Assembly: GCA_948471525.1 (NCBI GenBank)
Contig: CAOKSY010000001.1
Location: 243,465 to 307,464, forward strand
DNA: 64,000 nucleotides
Direction: 5' to 3'
Origin: an uncultured Clostridia bacterium
GTDB taxonomy: Bacteria; Bacillota; Clostridia; Christensenellales; UBA3700
A program made the translations under genes and the position numbers. Below are positions 10,415-20,876 of this stretch, in pieces. The notes under the pieces are model-generated. The model saw nothing but the letters and a program-made list of their open reading frames with translations. It did not search any database and had not been told where the DNA came from. Within the stretch, counting starts at the first letter, position 1. Each line of letters opens with the position of its first letter.

Positions 10415-11008
10415 TTGTGTTATCATATAAATATGAAGAATCTTATCGTAAAAATAAACAAAAACAAACCGCGGGCGCGCTTCATTCTGATGATAGTTTA
10501 TCTGCTATTATTATGCTTTCCGCCTGTCGAGATCAGAATAAACGAAACTCCGATAATTCTTCCTTACGTCTACTCGGCTTCGATTATGTGGATCATTGTT
10601 CCTAGCTCTACTTTCAGCATGTTAGGCATAACGCACGATACGGCTTTAAGAAAAAATCTTTTATTAAATCTCCTAAATCAGTCAATCCTGCAAGCGTTGC
10701 TGATTGCAAGCATTGTCTTGGCTATAATAAGCGTATACAGTCTCACCAGAAAGAAAAATTTCAACTTTGTGTGGGCATTGCTGACAGCGTTTCTCAATTC
10801 TTTCTTAAACTCGCTGACAGCATTCATATCTATTGCTGTATCAGGTAACAAAATCAATTTATTTCATATATTGAATCCCATTTTTACGTGCTTATTTCTT
10901 ATACTTTTGATCCTAGATATTCTATATCTAAGATCAGAACGCAAGTATATTACCTCTGAGGACATAAAGCAGGAAGACGAAACATCAATTAACAACGTTG
11001 AACAATAA
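10415..11008 (+). CDS. Hypothetical polytopic membrane protein
   Basis: 197 aa, about 5 TM segments. The C-terminal motif LILDILYLRSERKY is shared with the next ORF. Confidence 0.45.
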   Translation: MCYHINMKNLIVKINKNKPRARFILMIVYLLLLCFPPVEIRINETPIILPYVYSASIMWIIVPSSTFSMLGITHDTALRKNLLLNLLNQSILQALLIASIVLAIISVYSLTRKKNFNFVWALLTAFLNSFLNSLTAFISIAVSGNKINLFHILNPIFTCLFLILLILDILYLRSERKYITSEDIKQEDETSINNVEQ

Positions 11009-11104
11009 CCGTAGAATATACTGATATTACAGACCGCGTTATCTCAAAATTACGAAAGACTTTGCGCCTAATACAACGACGGCATATCAACTCAAAAAAA
11101 TAAT

Positions 11105-11458
11105 TTGAGCCGAAACATTTTTCAGACAATCTTACAAGGGGGTCGGCGCATCGCCGTATACGCTATATACAAAATATCTAATATGGATTATATACTACCC
11201 TATATGGTCCTGACCTGCGTAATGCTGATCTTAGACGTGATATATCTGCGAATGGAGCGCAAATATTTCCCCGAGACGGCGGAGGCGCGGCAGGCGGCAA
11301 AAAAAGCAAAACGCGAAGCCTCAAGACAGGCGACGGAAGAAATAGCCGCCGTTAACAGACAGAACAGGATCAGACAACTGGAAAACGAATTGAAAAGAAT
11401 CAAAGCCACGGACGAAACTCCCGATCAAAAAGACGATAAAGAAGATCAAACGTTCTAA
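11105..11458 (+). CDS. Small membrane-anchored protein with charged coiled tail; start uncertain (TTG 11105 or ATG 11183)
   Basis: Shares MLILDVIYLRMERKY with the C-terminus of the 10415 ORF, also at the DNA level. No clear RBS at either start. Confidence 0.35.
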   Translation: MSRNIFQTILQGGRRIAVYAIYKISNMDYILPYMVLTCVMLILDVIYLRMERKYFPETAEARQAAKKAKREASRQATEEIAAVNRQNRIRQLENELKRIKATDETPDQKDDKEDQTF

Positions 11459-11493
11459 AAAAATACGAACTTCATTCGAAGTTCGTATTTTTA
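11457..11493. terminator. Bidirectional rho-independent terminator between convergent genes
   Basis: ATACGAACTTC-attc-GAAGTTCGTAT perfect stem, flanked by an A-run and a T-run. Confidence 0.6.
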
Positions 11494-11516
11494 TATTATA
11501 TTCGCTAGCTAACGTT

Positions 11517-13148
11517 TTACCAAGATCCCTTATTCCATTTGTCGTGCCTTTTTTGACTTTTAAGGCTTTCGGCAAGCGATTCTTTCTCTACAAGTGCGAT
11601 CGCATTCGATCCGTCGTATGCTACCGTGACGTCGCAATCTCCTTTCTGCATTCTCTCTCTGACGTAACTGCCGCCGACTTTGACGTGCTTTATCTCTCCC
11701 GACAAGGTCTTATAGACGCAATAAAACGAGTTTTCATTATCCGAAGAATACGTCTTGCTGTTGGTCTTGAGCTTACCCTTGACATATTTTGCCCCGCCTT
11801 TGCAGATCTTCTTATACTTGCCTACTGCTTTGAGCGGCGGAATTATAAAATACGTTCCCACTCCCGCAAAAATCGAGACGCCGATCGCCATAAATACCCA
11901 TATCAGATACGACGTCTTGCCATAAGAGACTCCCGACTGCTTGGCTATTATAAAGTTTAAACTCAATACTGTTACCGCTATTATCGCCGCCACGGCATAT
12001 GCGGATATCGGATATAGATAACTGCGCGTCTGCGCCGCTATCGGCACGAGATTTTTATGCGGAACTTCTTTTGCCTGCAGTCCGTCCGCAATATCTTCCG
12101 TATCGAGATTTTTATCTTCAGGCAGATCGAGCAAACTTTGATCGCCGACAAACGAATATTTTTTCAACAGATAGCATTTGTCCTTCGAGTATGCTACTAT
12201 AAGTTCCTGCCCTTTATAAAAAAACTCCGCTTTGGTCCTGTATTTGCGATCGAAATTTACCGTATGACGTTTCATATCGTCGTCATAGTACATATACGTA
12301 AAAGCGCATCTCTCGTATATTTTTCTATCTTCGCTGTCATTGTTATTTCTGTATTCCATACGTTCGCAGACCACGTCGGATACTATCACAGCGTTTGTAA
12401 CTCCCATTGAAAGAATCTCTTTTTTCAATTTTGACTTTCTGACAAAGTAAACTATAAAAAACGATAGCGATATCAGCCACAAAATACTCACTGCAGCGAT
12501 TGCGATCTTGTAATTGTTTGCCAACCCGCCGTCGGAATTTTTTAAATTGACTATCGAAATTACGAAAAATACCGCCGCAATAAAACTAGTCACTATCAAA
12601 AAAAGTATCGGCCATCCCGTCAACTCGCCTTCGGTCGATATCGGCTTGGACGGATCGAGCTTAAATCTTTTCACGCTGTCGGAAGAGAATTCCGCCTGCG
12701 ATTTATCTTGAATTTCCTTGACCATAAACGACTCGCCGCCGCCTTGCGAATCGTAGATCTCGAATCCGAATTTTTTCAATACGGACTCCGATCTCTCGGT
12801 CGACAGCGCGCTGAGCGTCTGCAACTCTTTTTTTAGGGCGTTGCGTTCCAGCGCGCGTAATAAAGCGGTCGACGTCTTTTTATAATCTTCGTCGGCGCTT
12901 ACGTACAGCATTCCTATATTGCCCTCTTTGTCCATGCTCGCCAATCCGCAAACGACTTCGTCTTCCTTTGCGATAACGGTATAATGCCCGGCGAAAGCCC
13001 TAATGAGTTTGTCTGAATCGACGGGATCTATTGAAAGAATCTCTGCCGCCTTAAAAAACATCGTAGGCAAGTCGACGGAATTTTCCGCGCCCGTCAACAG
13101 CAATTTTGCTTCTTCGATATCTTCTTTATTTAATTTTAAGGTCTTCAT
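11517..13148 (-). CDS. GNAT-like acetyltransferase domain fused to a membrane protein with two TM pairs and two beta-rich soluble segments
   Basis: 543 aa. N-terminal GMLYVSADEDYKKTSTALLRALERNA...KKFGFE is GNAT-like. Two hydrophobic pairs follow. Confidence 0.55.
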   Translation of the reverse strand: MKTLKLNKEDIEEAKLLLTGAENSVDLPTMFFKAAEILSIDPVDSDKLIRAFAGHYTVIAKEDEVVCGLASMDKEGNIGMLYVSADEDYKKTSTALLRALERNALKKELQTLSALSTERSESVLKKFGFEIYDSQGGGESFMVKEIQDKSQAEFSSDSVKRFKLDPSKPISTEGELTGWPILFLIVTSFIAAVFFVISIVNLKNSDGGLANNYKIAIAAVSILWLISLSFFIVYFVRKSKLKKEILSMGVTNAVIVSDVVCERMEYRNNNDSEDRKIYERCAFTYMYYDDDMKRHTVNFDRKYRTKAEFFYKGQELIVAYSKDKCYLLKKYSFVGDQSLLDLPEDKNLDTEDIADGLQAKEVPHKNLVPIAAQTRSYLYPISAYAVAAIIAVTVLSLNFIIAKQSGVSYGKTSYLIWVFMAIGVSIFAGVGTYFIIPPLKAVGKYKKICKGGAKYVKGKLKTNSKTYSSDNENSFYCVYKTLSGEIKHVKVGGSYVRERMQKGDCDVTVAYDGSNAIALVEKESLAESLKSQKRHDKWNKGSW

Positions 13149-13311
13149 ATTATTATTTTATCAAAACCTTCGGTATGATGCAATCCAATTGAACAAATAT
13201 TTTCAATACATACGCTCTGTATTTTTTCATTCCCCCGAGACTTTACGATCGAATAAAATTTGATTTGCATAAACAAAAGAAAGATGATATAATTCTTTTA
13301 CGGAGAAAAAA

Positions 13312-15483
13312 ATGGCAAGAGATTTTTCGGCAAAAGAAGCCAAAACGCTTATAAAAAAACATGAATCTTACCTCGTTTCTTTGACGCAAGCCAAGGGACT
13401 CGATCTGCTTTTCAGAGACAAAATAAAGCAAGCCGTAGACGTCTATGCGGAGAACGAAGTGTTGAATGTCCTGGCAAAAGTACCTGTGGAAGAACTGAAC
13501 CGCGACAAAAAAGGCATCAGAGTCAAGTCGCTCGCCGACGACGGATACGTAGATCTTGCGACGTTACATCTCGCTACCGAAGAAGAAATATCCGACGTCA
13601 ACGGAATAAGCGACGACACGGCATTTTCTATAAAAAAGACCGTGAACAGATTTGCCGACAGCGTGCGCCGCGAGATAAAGCTCAAACTCAGCATAGATAA
13701 CCGAGACGAGTTTTCTACCGAGATCGTACGCGCCGTCTCTATCTTCAAAAACGGAAGAAAGTACGTCTCGAAGTGCAAATCGCTCCTCAAAGATCATTAC
13801 GGCAAAGTCACGCTGTCGATACACGGACTGATGCCGGGAACGAAAAGCGTAGGATGGCTTTTCGTCTCCAAAAAAAATAAAGCCGCCGCTTTGACCGCAT
13901 ACAATGAATTGAATTCTTTGCTCAACGGAGAGTACGGCGCGCAAGCTAATGAGCTTATCGACGGAATAAACGCCGTCCTCAAGACGGATAAAGTCGACGC
14001 TTGGGAGGATTTTTCCAAACATACGGTAGAGTTTTATAATATACTTGAGGAGATAGCGCCCGAGTACCTAGGCGCCGACGACACCGTATACGGACTGCCC
14101 GAAGAACTCGCGCTGGATATACAGAAAGTCCCCGTAGATCTCAACGGATTGAAGTGCACGCTTCGCCGCTATCAGGAACTGGGATTGAAATACATACTGC
14201 ACCAAGGAAGAGTGCTGCTCGGCGACGAAATGGGGCTGGGAAAAACTATTCAGGCGATCGCCGCCATGGTATCGCTGAGAAATTCCGGCGCGACGCATTT
14301 TCTTGTAATATGCCCTGCGAGCGTACTTGCCAACTGGCGCAGAGAGATAACAAAGCACAGCGATCTCGACGCGATAAAGATCCACGGCGCGGACAGAGCG
14401 TCGGCTCTGAAACAATGGATAGAACACGGCGGCGTGGGCGTGACAACGTACGAGACTACGGCGTTTTTCCAACTCGAAGAAGGATTTACGTTCGCTATGG
14501 CGGTTGTGGACGAAGCCCACTATATCAAAAATCCGCAAGCAATGCGCTCTCGCAACACAAAGAAACTTTGCAAGCTGGCGACAAACGTACTCTTTATGAC
14601 GGGTACCGCTCTAGAAAACGACGTGGACGAAATGATAAGTCTTATTTCCGCGCTACAGCCCAAGATCGCCGCTCAGGTAGAAAGTATGAAATTGATGGCT
14701 TTCGCGCCGCAGTTCAGACAGACGGTCGCGCCGGTATATTATCGCAGAAAACGCGACGACGTGTTGAAAGAACTGCCCGATCTGATAGAAAATGAAGAAT
14801 GGTGCGAAATGACGGCAGAGGAAGAACGCGTATACGAAAGCTGCGTCTTGGAAAAGAGATTTGCAGACGCGCGACGGGTATCGTGGAACGCGCCCGATCT
14901 TAAGAAGTCGTCCAAAGCCGCGCGCTTGCTGGAAATCGTAGAAGACGCGCAGGCTGACAACCGCAAGATAATAGTATTCTCTTTCTTCCTTGACACCGTG
15001 CGCGCGGTATGCCGTCTGCTCGGCGACAAGTGCGTAAATCCGATAAACGGATCGCTCGATCCCAACAGAAGACAGGAGATAATAGACGAATTCGACGCCG
15101 CTCCCGCAGGCAGCGTATTGCCCGCTCAGATACAGTCGGGCGGAACGGGACTCAATATCCAATCTGCAAGCGTAGTCGTAATATGCGAACCGCAATTCAA
15201 ACCGTCTACCGAAAATCAGGCCATATCCCGCGCTTACAGAATGGGACAGTCTCGAAACGTGCTTGTATACAGACTTCTCTGCGAGGATACCGTAGACGAG
15301 AGCGTGACGGAACTTCTCAAACGTAAACAGTCCGTATTCGACGCTTTTGCCGACGAATCGGTAGCCGCCGCCGACACTATAGAGATCGACGAAAGCGCGT
15401 TCGGCGACGTTATGGAACGGGAATTGGAAAGGATCCGCGAAAAGCGCGGAGACGTCTCTCCCGTAATCGATAAAGAAATTTAA
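13312..15483 (+). CDS. SNF2-family DEAD/H helicase/translocase
   Basis: 723 aa. LRRYQELGLKYIL, DEMGLGKTIQAIA, DEAHYIKN, GGTGLNIQSASVVVICEPQFKPSTENQAISRAYRMGQ. Confidence 0.85.
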   Translation: MARDFSAKEAKTLIKKHESYLVSLTQAKGLDLLFRDKIKQAVDVYAENEVLNVLAKVPVEELNRDKKGIRVKSLADDGYVDLATLHLATEEEISDVNGISDDTAFSIKKTVNRFADSVRREIKLKLSIDNRDEFSTEIVRAVSIFKNGRKYVSKCKSLLKDHYGKVTLSIHGLMPGTKSVGWLFVSKKNKAAALTAYNELNSLLNGEYGAQANELIDGINAVLKTDKVDAWEDFSKHTVEFYNILEEIAPEYLGADDTVYGLPEELALDIQKVPVDLNGLKCTLRRYQELGLKYILHQGRVLLGDEMGLGKTIQAIAAMVSLRNSGATHFLVICPASVLANWRREITKHSDLDAIKIHGADRASALKQWIEHGGVGVTTYETTAFFQLEEGFTFAMAVVDEAHYIKNPQAMRSRNTKKLCKLATNVLFMTGTALENDVDEMISLISALQPKIAAQVESMKLMAFAPQFRQTVAPVYYRRKRDDVLKELPDLIENEEWCEMTAEEERVYESCVLEKRFADARRVSWNAPDLKKSSKAARLLEIVEDAQADNRKIIVFSFFLDTVRAVCRLLGDKCVNPINGSLDPNRRQEIIDEFDAAPAGSVLPAQIQSGGTGLNIQSASVVVICEPQFKPSTENQAISRAYRMGQSRNVLVYRLLCEDTVDESVTELLKRKQSVFDAFADESVAAADTIEIDESAFGDVMERELERIREKRGDVSPVIDKEI

Positions 15484-15506
15484 AAGTATCTCGTTTTGAT
15501 ACAAAT

Positions 15507-15541
15507 AAAAAAGAGTTTGACTTCTATCAAACTCTTTTTTC
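15507..15541. terminator. Bidirectional terminator between the SNF2 helicase and ftsH
   Basis: AAGAGTTTGA-cttcta-TCAAACTCTT stem with an A-run before and a T-run after. Confidence 0.65.
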
Positions 15542-15559
15542 TATTCATTGAAATTCGCT

Positions 15560-17623
15560 TTATTCCGTCTTGTCGGTCGGCTTGGTTTCTTCCGCCGTCT
15601 CCTTCGGCTCGCTGTCCGCGACGTCTTTATTTTCCGCAACCGTTTCTTTTTCGGGAACGATATTGATCTTTACGCTTTCGGTATTTTTATAGCTGTCCTT
15701 CTTCGCCTGTTTCTCGTCGATATAGGCGATGACTTCTTCGGCGGATCTGCCATCGAAAAGCATATTGACTTCCTCGGTATAAATCGTCTCTTTTTCAAAC
15801 AGAACTTTTACCATATTATCCATTATAGTACGGTTGGTCTGGAGTATCTCCAAAGCCTTGGCGTAACTGTCGTCGAGTATCGTCTTGACTTCGTTGTCTA
15901 TTACGCCGCCGAGCTGATCGCTGTAAGAATGCGTCGTGCCGTAGTCTCTGCCCAAGAATACCTCTTTGTCTCCGCCGAGATACATATTGCCGATAGCCTT
16001 CGACATTCCCCATTGCGTGACCATCTTCTTGGCGATATTGCTTGCTCTTTCGATATCGTTGGACGCGCCTGTGGAAATATCCTTTATCACTATCTCCTCC
16101 GCAGCTCTGCCGCCGAGCATCATTGTGATCATATCCAAGAGTTTGTTGCGCGTGATATGACTGTCGTCGTTCTCGGGACGGGTGAGCGTATAACCTGCCG
16201 CCATTCCTCTGGGGATGATGCTGACTTCCTGTACGTCGTCGCAGTTTTCCAACAGCTTGCCTATTATCGCGTGTCCCGACTCGTGATAAGCGGTGATCCT
16301 CTTGTCGCTGTCGGTAACTATCCTGCTCTTCTTCTGCGGACCTGCGATGACTTTGTTGATACCCTCGAGGATATCTTCCATCACTATTACCTTTCTGTTG
16401 GCTCTCGCCGCGAGTATAGCCGATTCGTTGAGAAGATTTTCAAGATCCGCGCCGCTGAAGCCGCTGGTCATTCTTGCAAGCACTTTGAAAGATACGTCGT
16501 CGGCGAGTTTTTTGTTTCTCGCGTGTACTCTCAAAATCTCTTCTCTGCCCTTGACGTCGGGGACGTTGACGTATATCTGACGGTCGAATCTGCCCGGTCT
16601 CAAAAGCGCGGGATCGAGTATATCCGCTCTGTTGGTCGCCGCCATTATTATTATGCCGTCGTTTTTCTCAAATCCGTCCATCTGCACGAGCAGCTGGTTG
16701 AGCGTCTGCTCTCTCTCGTCGTGACCGCCGCCGAGACCGGATCCTCTTTGACGTCCGACCGCGTCTATTTCGTCTATAAAAATTATGCAAGGCATATTTT
16801 TCTTCGCCTGATTGAAAAGGTCTCTTACTCTCGCCGCGCCGGTACCGACGAACATCTCCACGAAGTCGCTGCCGCTTATCGAGAAGAACGGCACGTTGGA
16901 CTCGCCTGCGACTGCCTTTGCAAACAGCGTCTTACCGGTACCCGGAGGTCCGACCAACAGCACGCCCTTGGGTATTCTCGCGCCGAGCTGAAGGAACTTG
17001 TTGGGATCTTTGAGGAATTCGACTATCTCCTGCAACTCCTCCTTTTCCTCTTCCGCGCCCGCAACGTCGGTAAATCTCACGGTGACGTTGGTGTTGAGTC
17101 TCGCCTTGGTCTTGCCGAAATCCATAGCCTGACGGTTGGCGCCCGCGTTCTGTCTGAATATTATAAATACCACGACAGCGCAAAGTATGAGCGCGATTAT
17201 CGGGAATATCAGCGAACTGATATTGACCCCCGAATTGGGGTCGTTGAATTCGTATCTGGGAACGGGATTCCCGTCCTGACGGCGCTCTTCGAGATACTCT
17301 TTGAAATTGGTACGGTAATCTATTTTTGCAAAATAAGTAGCCTTTTTAGTAGGATTCTTATAGAATGCCTTTACTTCGGCTTCGGTAGGCTCGCCCACTA
17401 AAGCGTAAACTTTATAAGATTCAACGTACAGCGCGGCAACGTTGCCGTTCTCTATCCTCTGGACGAGACCTTGCGCGTCTCCGTCTATATCGTTGCTATA
17501 AGATATTTCAGTAGGTTTGACATTGAAAAACACATAGTATACAAGCACTATCACGAGCACTATGCTCAGCGCCAGAACCAAATATCTTCCAATCATTGCT
17601 TTTTTATTCACTTTTTCCTCCAA
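15560..17623 (-). CDS. ftsH: ATP-dependent zinc metalloprotease FtsH
   Basis: 687 aa. TM segments, Walker A GPPGTGKT, Walker [15 protein letters not shown] (YHESGHAI). Confidence 0.95.
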   Translation of the reverse strand: MEEKVNKKAMIGRYLVLALSIVLVIVLVYYVFFNVKPTEISYSNDIDGDAQGLVQRIENGNVAALYVESYKVYALVGEPTEAEVKAFYKNPTKKATYFAKIDYRTNFKEYLEERRQDGNPVPRYEFNDPNSGVNISSLIFPIIALILCAVVVFIIFRQNAGANRQAMDFGKTKARLNTNVTVRFTDVAGAEEEKEELQEIVEFLKDPNKFLQLGARIPKGVLLVGPPGTGKTLFAKAVAGESNVPFFSISGSDFVEMFVGTGAARVRDLFNQAKKNMPCIIFIDEIDAVGRQRGSGLGGGHDEREQTLNQLLVQMDGFEKNDGIIIMAATNRADILDPALLRPGRFDRQIYVNVPDVKGREEILRVHARNKKLADDVSFKVLARMTSGFSGADLENLLNESAILAARANRKVIVMEDILEGINKVIAGPQKKSRIVTDSDKRITAYHESGHAIIGKLLENCDDVQEVSIIPRGMAAGYTLTRPENDDSHITRNKLLDMITMMLGGRAAEEIVIKDISTGASNDIERASNIAKKMVTQWGMSKAIGNMYLGGDKEVFLGRDYGTTHSYSDQLGGVIDNEVKTILDDSYAKALEILQTNRTIMDNMVKVLFEKETIYTEEVNMLFDGRSAEEVIAYIDEKQAKKDSYKNTESVKINIVPEKETVAENKDVADSEPKETAEETKPTDKTE

Positions 17624-17762
17624 ACTGGCGGATTATTCACCGATATTATCCATTATATTGATAAATAGCCGTAATTATTATAACTTATTACAAAAGAAAT
17701 AGTCAATAATCCTTGACGTAACTTTTGTAAAGATTTGGTTAATCGGAAGTAAAAGCTCGAAT

Positions 17763-18209
17763 TTAAGCGAGCGAGAGCATATATCCGTTGGCGAAATCCA
17801 CGACTTTTTCCACCAATTTGTCTATAAATACGCTGTCCCGCGTCTTGAGTTCCGTCATTCTGTCGGCGTCTGCGTCGCCCACTACGGCGAGTATACCCAC
17901 GTCTCCGACGCGCTCTTTGCTCTTGTCAAATGCGCCGCCCGGTTTGATGCCGTTTTTGGTGACCTTTATCGTGCCTATGTCGTCGGTCTTTCCCAAAGCC
18001 GAATCAATGACGACCAACAGATCGTCCGCGTGCTTCGCCTTTATCATGCGCACGTAATCGTCTACGTTGATAGCCGTAACCTGACGCTGCGAATTGCCGT
18101 AAACAAACGCCTCGATGTTGTTTTCTCTCAGCCTGTCGCCCACCTTCGGACCTACGCTGTCGCCTATGATCTTAGTTGTTCCCACACATAAAAATACCAA
18201 GTTTTTCAT
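17763..18209 (-). CDS. yyaC: YyaC-family putative sporulation protease (DUF1256)
   Basis: VFLCVGTTKIIGDSVGPKVG. The ORF-track ORF starts at TTG 18269; I prefer ATG 18209, but the start is uncertain. Confidence 0.65.
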   Translation of the reverse strand: MKNLVFLCVGTTKIIGDSVGPKVGDRLRENNIEAFVYGNSQRQVTAINVDDYVRMIKAKHADDLLVVIDSALGKTDDIGTIKVTKNGIKPGGAFDKSKERVGDVGILAVVGDADADRMTELKTRDSVFIDKLVEKVVDFANGYMLSLA

Positions 18210-18402
18210 AATGATAATTTTGGACAGCGACGCGCTATTTATACTGCTTAGACGAAAAAAATCCGTCAAGTAGTCAATAATCGATATTGCTGATATTTTT
18301 TATGTAAAAACCGCAGAAATATTGCAAATCGCAGGTTATAATAAATTTGACATTTTTCGCGCGCGGCAATATAATGGAATCAGAAAACAAGCGAGGTGAC
18401 CG

Positions 18403-18996
18403 ATGTCATACATCACTATTGGGGCGATAATCATATTGGGAATATGCTTTACGGTAGGTCTGTTCAGGGGCTTTGTACGAGCTTTGTTCAAACTTCTGTC
18501 CGTAGCGGGCACGTGCATACTCACCGTGACTCTTACCCCGTATTTGGCGAAACAACTCAACTCTACCGCATTTGCTCAGGGCCGAAATATATCGGCGGGA
18601 GTACTGTCGGGATTGAGCGCGATTATAATAGTGATAGCGTGCGCGCTGGTATTCGGCATAATATCCTTCATCGTCAACAAGCGAGTCTCCCAGTCTCCCG
18701 TCAACGGAGTCAACAGATTTTTGGGCGCGCTTTTCTACAGCGCGATAGGTATGGCGGTATTGATACTCATCGGATACGTGATAAAGATCTTCGGAGATTC
18801 GCAGTTTATGCAGCCGGTGATAGCCGAATCGCAAAAAGACGCGTTTGCCAACTGGCTGGTGACGAATAATATTTTCAACAAGATAATGGACGCCGTGGCA
18901 AAAGAAGGAAGCGTGTTCCGCGATTTCCTAAACGGATTTAAAGAGATATCTTCGGGCGACGTTGCCCGAATGGCCGCGACGGCAGGCAGGATCTGA
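18403..18996 (+). CDS. cvpA: CvpA-family membrane protein
   Basis: 197 aa, 4 TM, CvpA-like N-terminus IIILGICFTVGLFRGFVRALFKLLS. Confidence 0.7.
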   Translation: MSYITIGAIIILGICFTVGLFRGFVRALFKLLSVAGTCILTVTLTPYLAKQLNSTAFAQGRNISAGVLSGLSAIIIVIACALVFGIISFIVNKRVSQSPVNGVNRFLGALFYSAIGMAVLILIGYVIKIFGDSQFMQPVIAESQKDAFANWLVTNNIFNKIMDAVAKEGSVFRDFLNGFKEISSGDVARMAATAGRI

Positions 18997-19008
18997 TCCC
19001 TGCCTTTT

Positions 19009-19260
19009 TTATACCGCCGATCTTATCAGACGTCCCGCGCAGTATAAAAAATCAAAGATCACTCCCCCCGCTCCGCTGAGTAAAAAAGAATAGTAATCCG
19101 CGCCGAAAAGCGTTGCGTTCAAAGCGCACGACGCACCCCCGAAAAGCACGTTTAAAGCAACGTATCCCGCATGCTTTTTGCGGTATCCGAGTATATATCT
19201 GGCAATCACTCCCAACGCAGCTCCCGCCAAAAAAATAAAAAACAGTTCATAAAGCTTCAT
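19009..19260 (-). CDS. Small hypothetical membrane protein
   Basis: 83 aa, 3 hydrophobic segments, no recognisable family. Confidence 0.35.
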   Translation of the reverse strand: MKLYELFFIFLAGAALGVIARYILGYRKKHAGYVALNVLFGGASCALNATLFGADYYSFLLSGAGGVIFDFLYCAGRLIRSAV

Positions 19261-19399
19261 ACCATAAATATATACTTATCCCGTTTGAAAAATTACCGTC
19301 GCGTTTTGTCATATCCCGATAGCGTCTTGCGAAAATAAAATCATATTCCGTCAAATCGGTAATAATTATGTAATATGCGCGGATTATAGCCTGCTCCCC

Positions 19400-19429
19400 T
19401 TGCTTAATCCGCCGTCGATATGGTATAAT
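19400..19429 (+). promoter_or_regulatory. Sigma-A-type promoter (TTGCTT-18-TGgTATAAT) for the acyltransferase operon
   Basis: -35 at 19400-19405 and an extended -10 at 19421-19429. This leaves a ~135-nt leader before ATG 19572. Confidence 0.45.
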
Positions 19430-19571
19430 TTAAACGTGACGGCTTCGCAGAACAAGGCGCAACGCCTTAAACGCTACAACATCAAAATTTATGTCGTGAA
19501 AACGACGGAATTCAAGCGGAAAACTTGGGACGGAAACTATTATCCCGATTTGTCGTCAAACGGAGAATTGC

Positions 19572-20876
19572 ATGGCAAAATCACTCGAGACTTGGAGCAA
19601 GCTGGATAACTCGGCAAAGATATATCCTATGCTCGTAAGCAAAAAAAATCAGAATATATTCCGACTGAGCGTCAATCTCAAAGAGAGTGTCGATCCCGAG
19701 ATATTACACAACGCTTTGGCGATCACAATAGGCAGATTCCCCGGGTTTCAGGTCAGACTGATGAAGGGCGCGTTTTGGTACTATTTCGATCAAAACACCG
19801 CAAAGACAAAAGTATTTCCGCTCGATCCTCTATCTTTCAAAAAGATCACGGATAAGAATTGCAACGGATACTGTTTCCGAGTAAGTTATTTTGAAAATAC
19901 GATCGCATGCGACTATTTCCACGCTATCTGCGACGCGACGGGCGCGGCGGAATTTCTCAAAAGTCTCGTGTACACGTATCTCAATCTGACGGGAAAAGAG
20001 ATCTTTTCCGATCGAAAAATACTCACGGTCGGCTCTCCGGTCTCCCCCGAGGAACTGGAAGATTCGTTTTTGGCAAACTATACGAAAGTGCCGCTCAAAA
20101 AACTCAAAGTAAAAGAGCTTCAAGGAAAAAAAGCATACCATATAGACGGCATACTTTTCAACAATTCGGGCAACGGCATAATCCATATGTACGCCGACGT
20201 CAGGCAAATACTGGATATATGTCACAAACGCAACTGCACGATAACCGAATATCTGGGAGCGGTATTTATCCTGTCGATCTACGAAAGTCAGATCAAGGAC
20301 AAAAAGGAAGACGCAAACGATATTCAACTCTTCGTGCCTATAAATCTGCGCAAGATATTTCCGTCCAAGACGTTGCGCAACTTTTCGCTATTTTCGCGCG
20401 TCGGCGCAAATCCCTATCAAGATATGACCTTGGACAGACTTATCGAGATAATGCACGAAAACCTAAAACGCGACACCGATAAAGCGTATCTCAAAGACAA
20501 GATATCCACGACGGTATGGGCGGAGAAATTTTTCTTGATAAGATTCGTGCCGCTCTTTCTCAAGAGATTCTTTTTCAACTTCTCGAATATGTTTTGGGGA
20601 AAGACGAAAAAGACCGCTACGCTGTCCAACTTCGGCGTAATGGATATCCCAGACAGTATGAAGGAATACGTAGACAGCGCGAGTTTTTCTATATCTTCCA
20701 ATACTACCACGCCGCTGTCGCTGTCTGTCATATCGTGCAACGGCAAGCTGTGCATCACGTTCACGAGACGCATAACGGATACCGACATAGCCAAGACTTT
20801 TGCCAGACATCTTGCCGAAGACGGAGCGGAACTGTCGGTCACTTCGAATTTCTGGGAGGTGGACAATGCGCTGTAA
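19572..20876 (+). CDS. HxxxD-motif acyltransferase (condensation/alcohol-acetyltransferase-like)
   Basis: 434 aa. YFHAICDATGAAEFL matches the HxxxD catalytic motif. Confidence 0.6.
   Translation: MAKSLETWSKLDNSAKIYPMLVSKKNQNIFRLSVNLKESVDPEILHNALAITIGRFPGFQVRLMKGAFWYYFDQNTAKTKVFPLDPLSFKKITDKNCNGYCFRVSYFENTIACDYFHAICDATGAAEFLKSLVYTYLNLTGKEIFSDRKILTVGSPVSPEELEDSFLANYTKVPLKKLKVKELQGKKAYHIDGILFNNSGNGIIHMYADVRQILDICHKRNCTITEYLGAVFILSIYESQIKDKKEDANDIQLFVPINLRKIFPSKTLRNFSLFSRVGANPYQDMTLDRLIEIMHENLKRDTDKAYLKDKISTTVWAEKFFLIRFVPLFLKRFFFNFSNMFWGKTKKTATLSNFGVMDIPDSMKEYVDSASFSISSNTTTPLSLSVISCNGKLCITFTRRITDTDIAKTFARHLAEDGAELSVTSNFWEVDNAL

Noticed and set aside
15548-17401. 617-aa plus-strand ORF
   Set aside because: It is entirely antisense to ftsH, whose product has unmistakable AAA+ and HEXXH motifs. 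Its own translation is low-complexity (R/F/Y/V-rich) and has no RBS. This is a typical shadow ORF.
17700-18283. 12-mer TAGTCAATAATC (with inverted CTTGACG/CGTCAAG) on both sides of yyaC, suggestive of an insertion or cassette
   Set aside because: My estimate is that a 12-mer recurring within ~600 nt is expected about twice by chance in 64 kb. There is no other sign of mobility.
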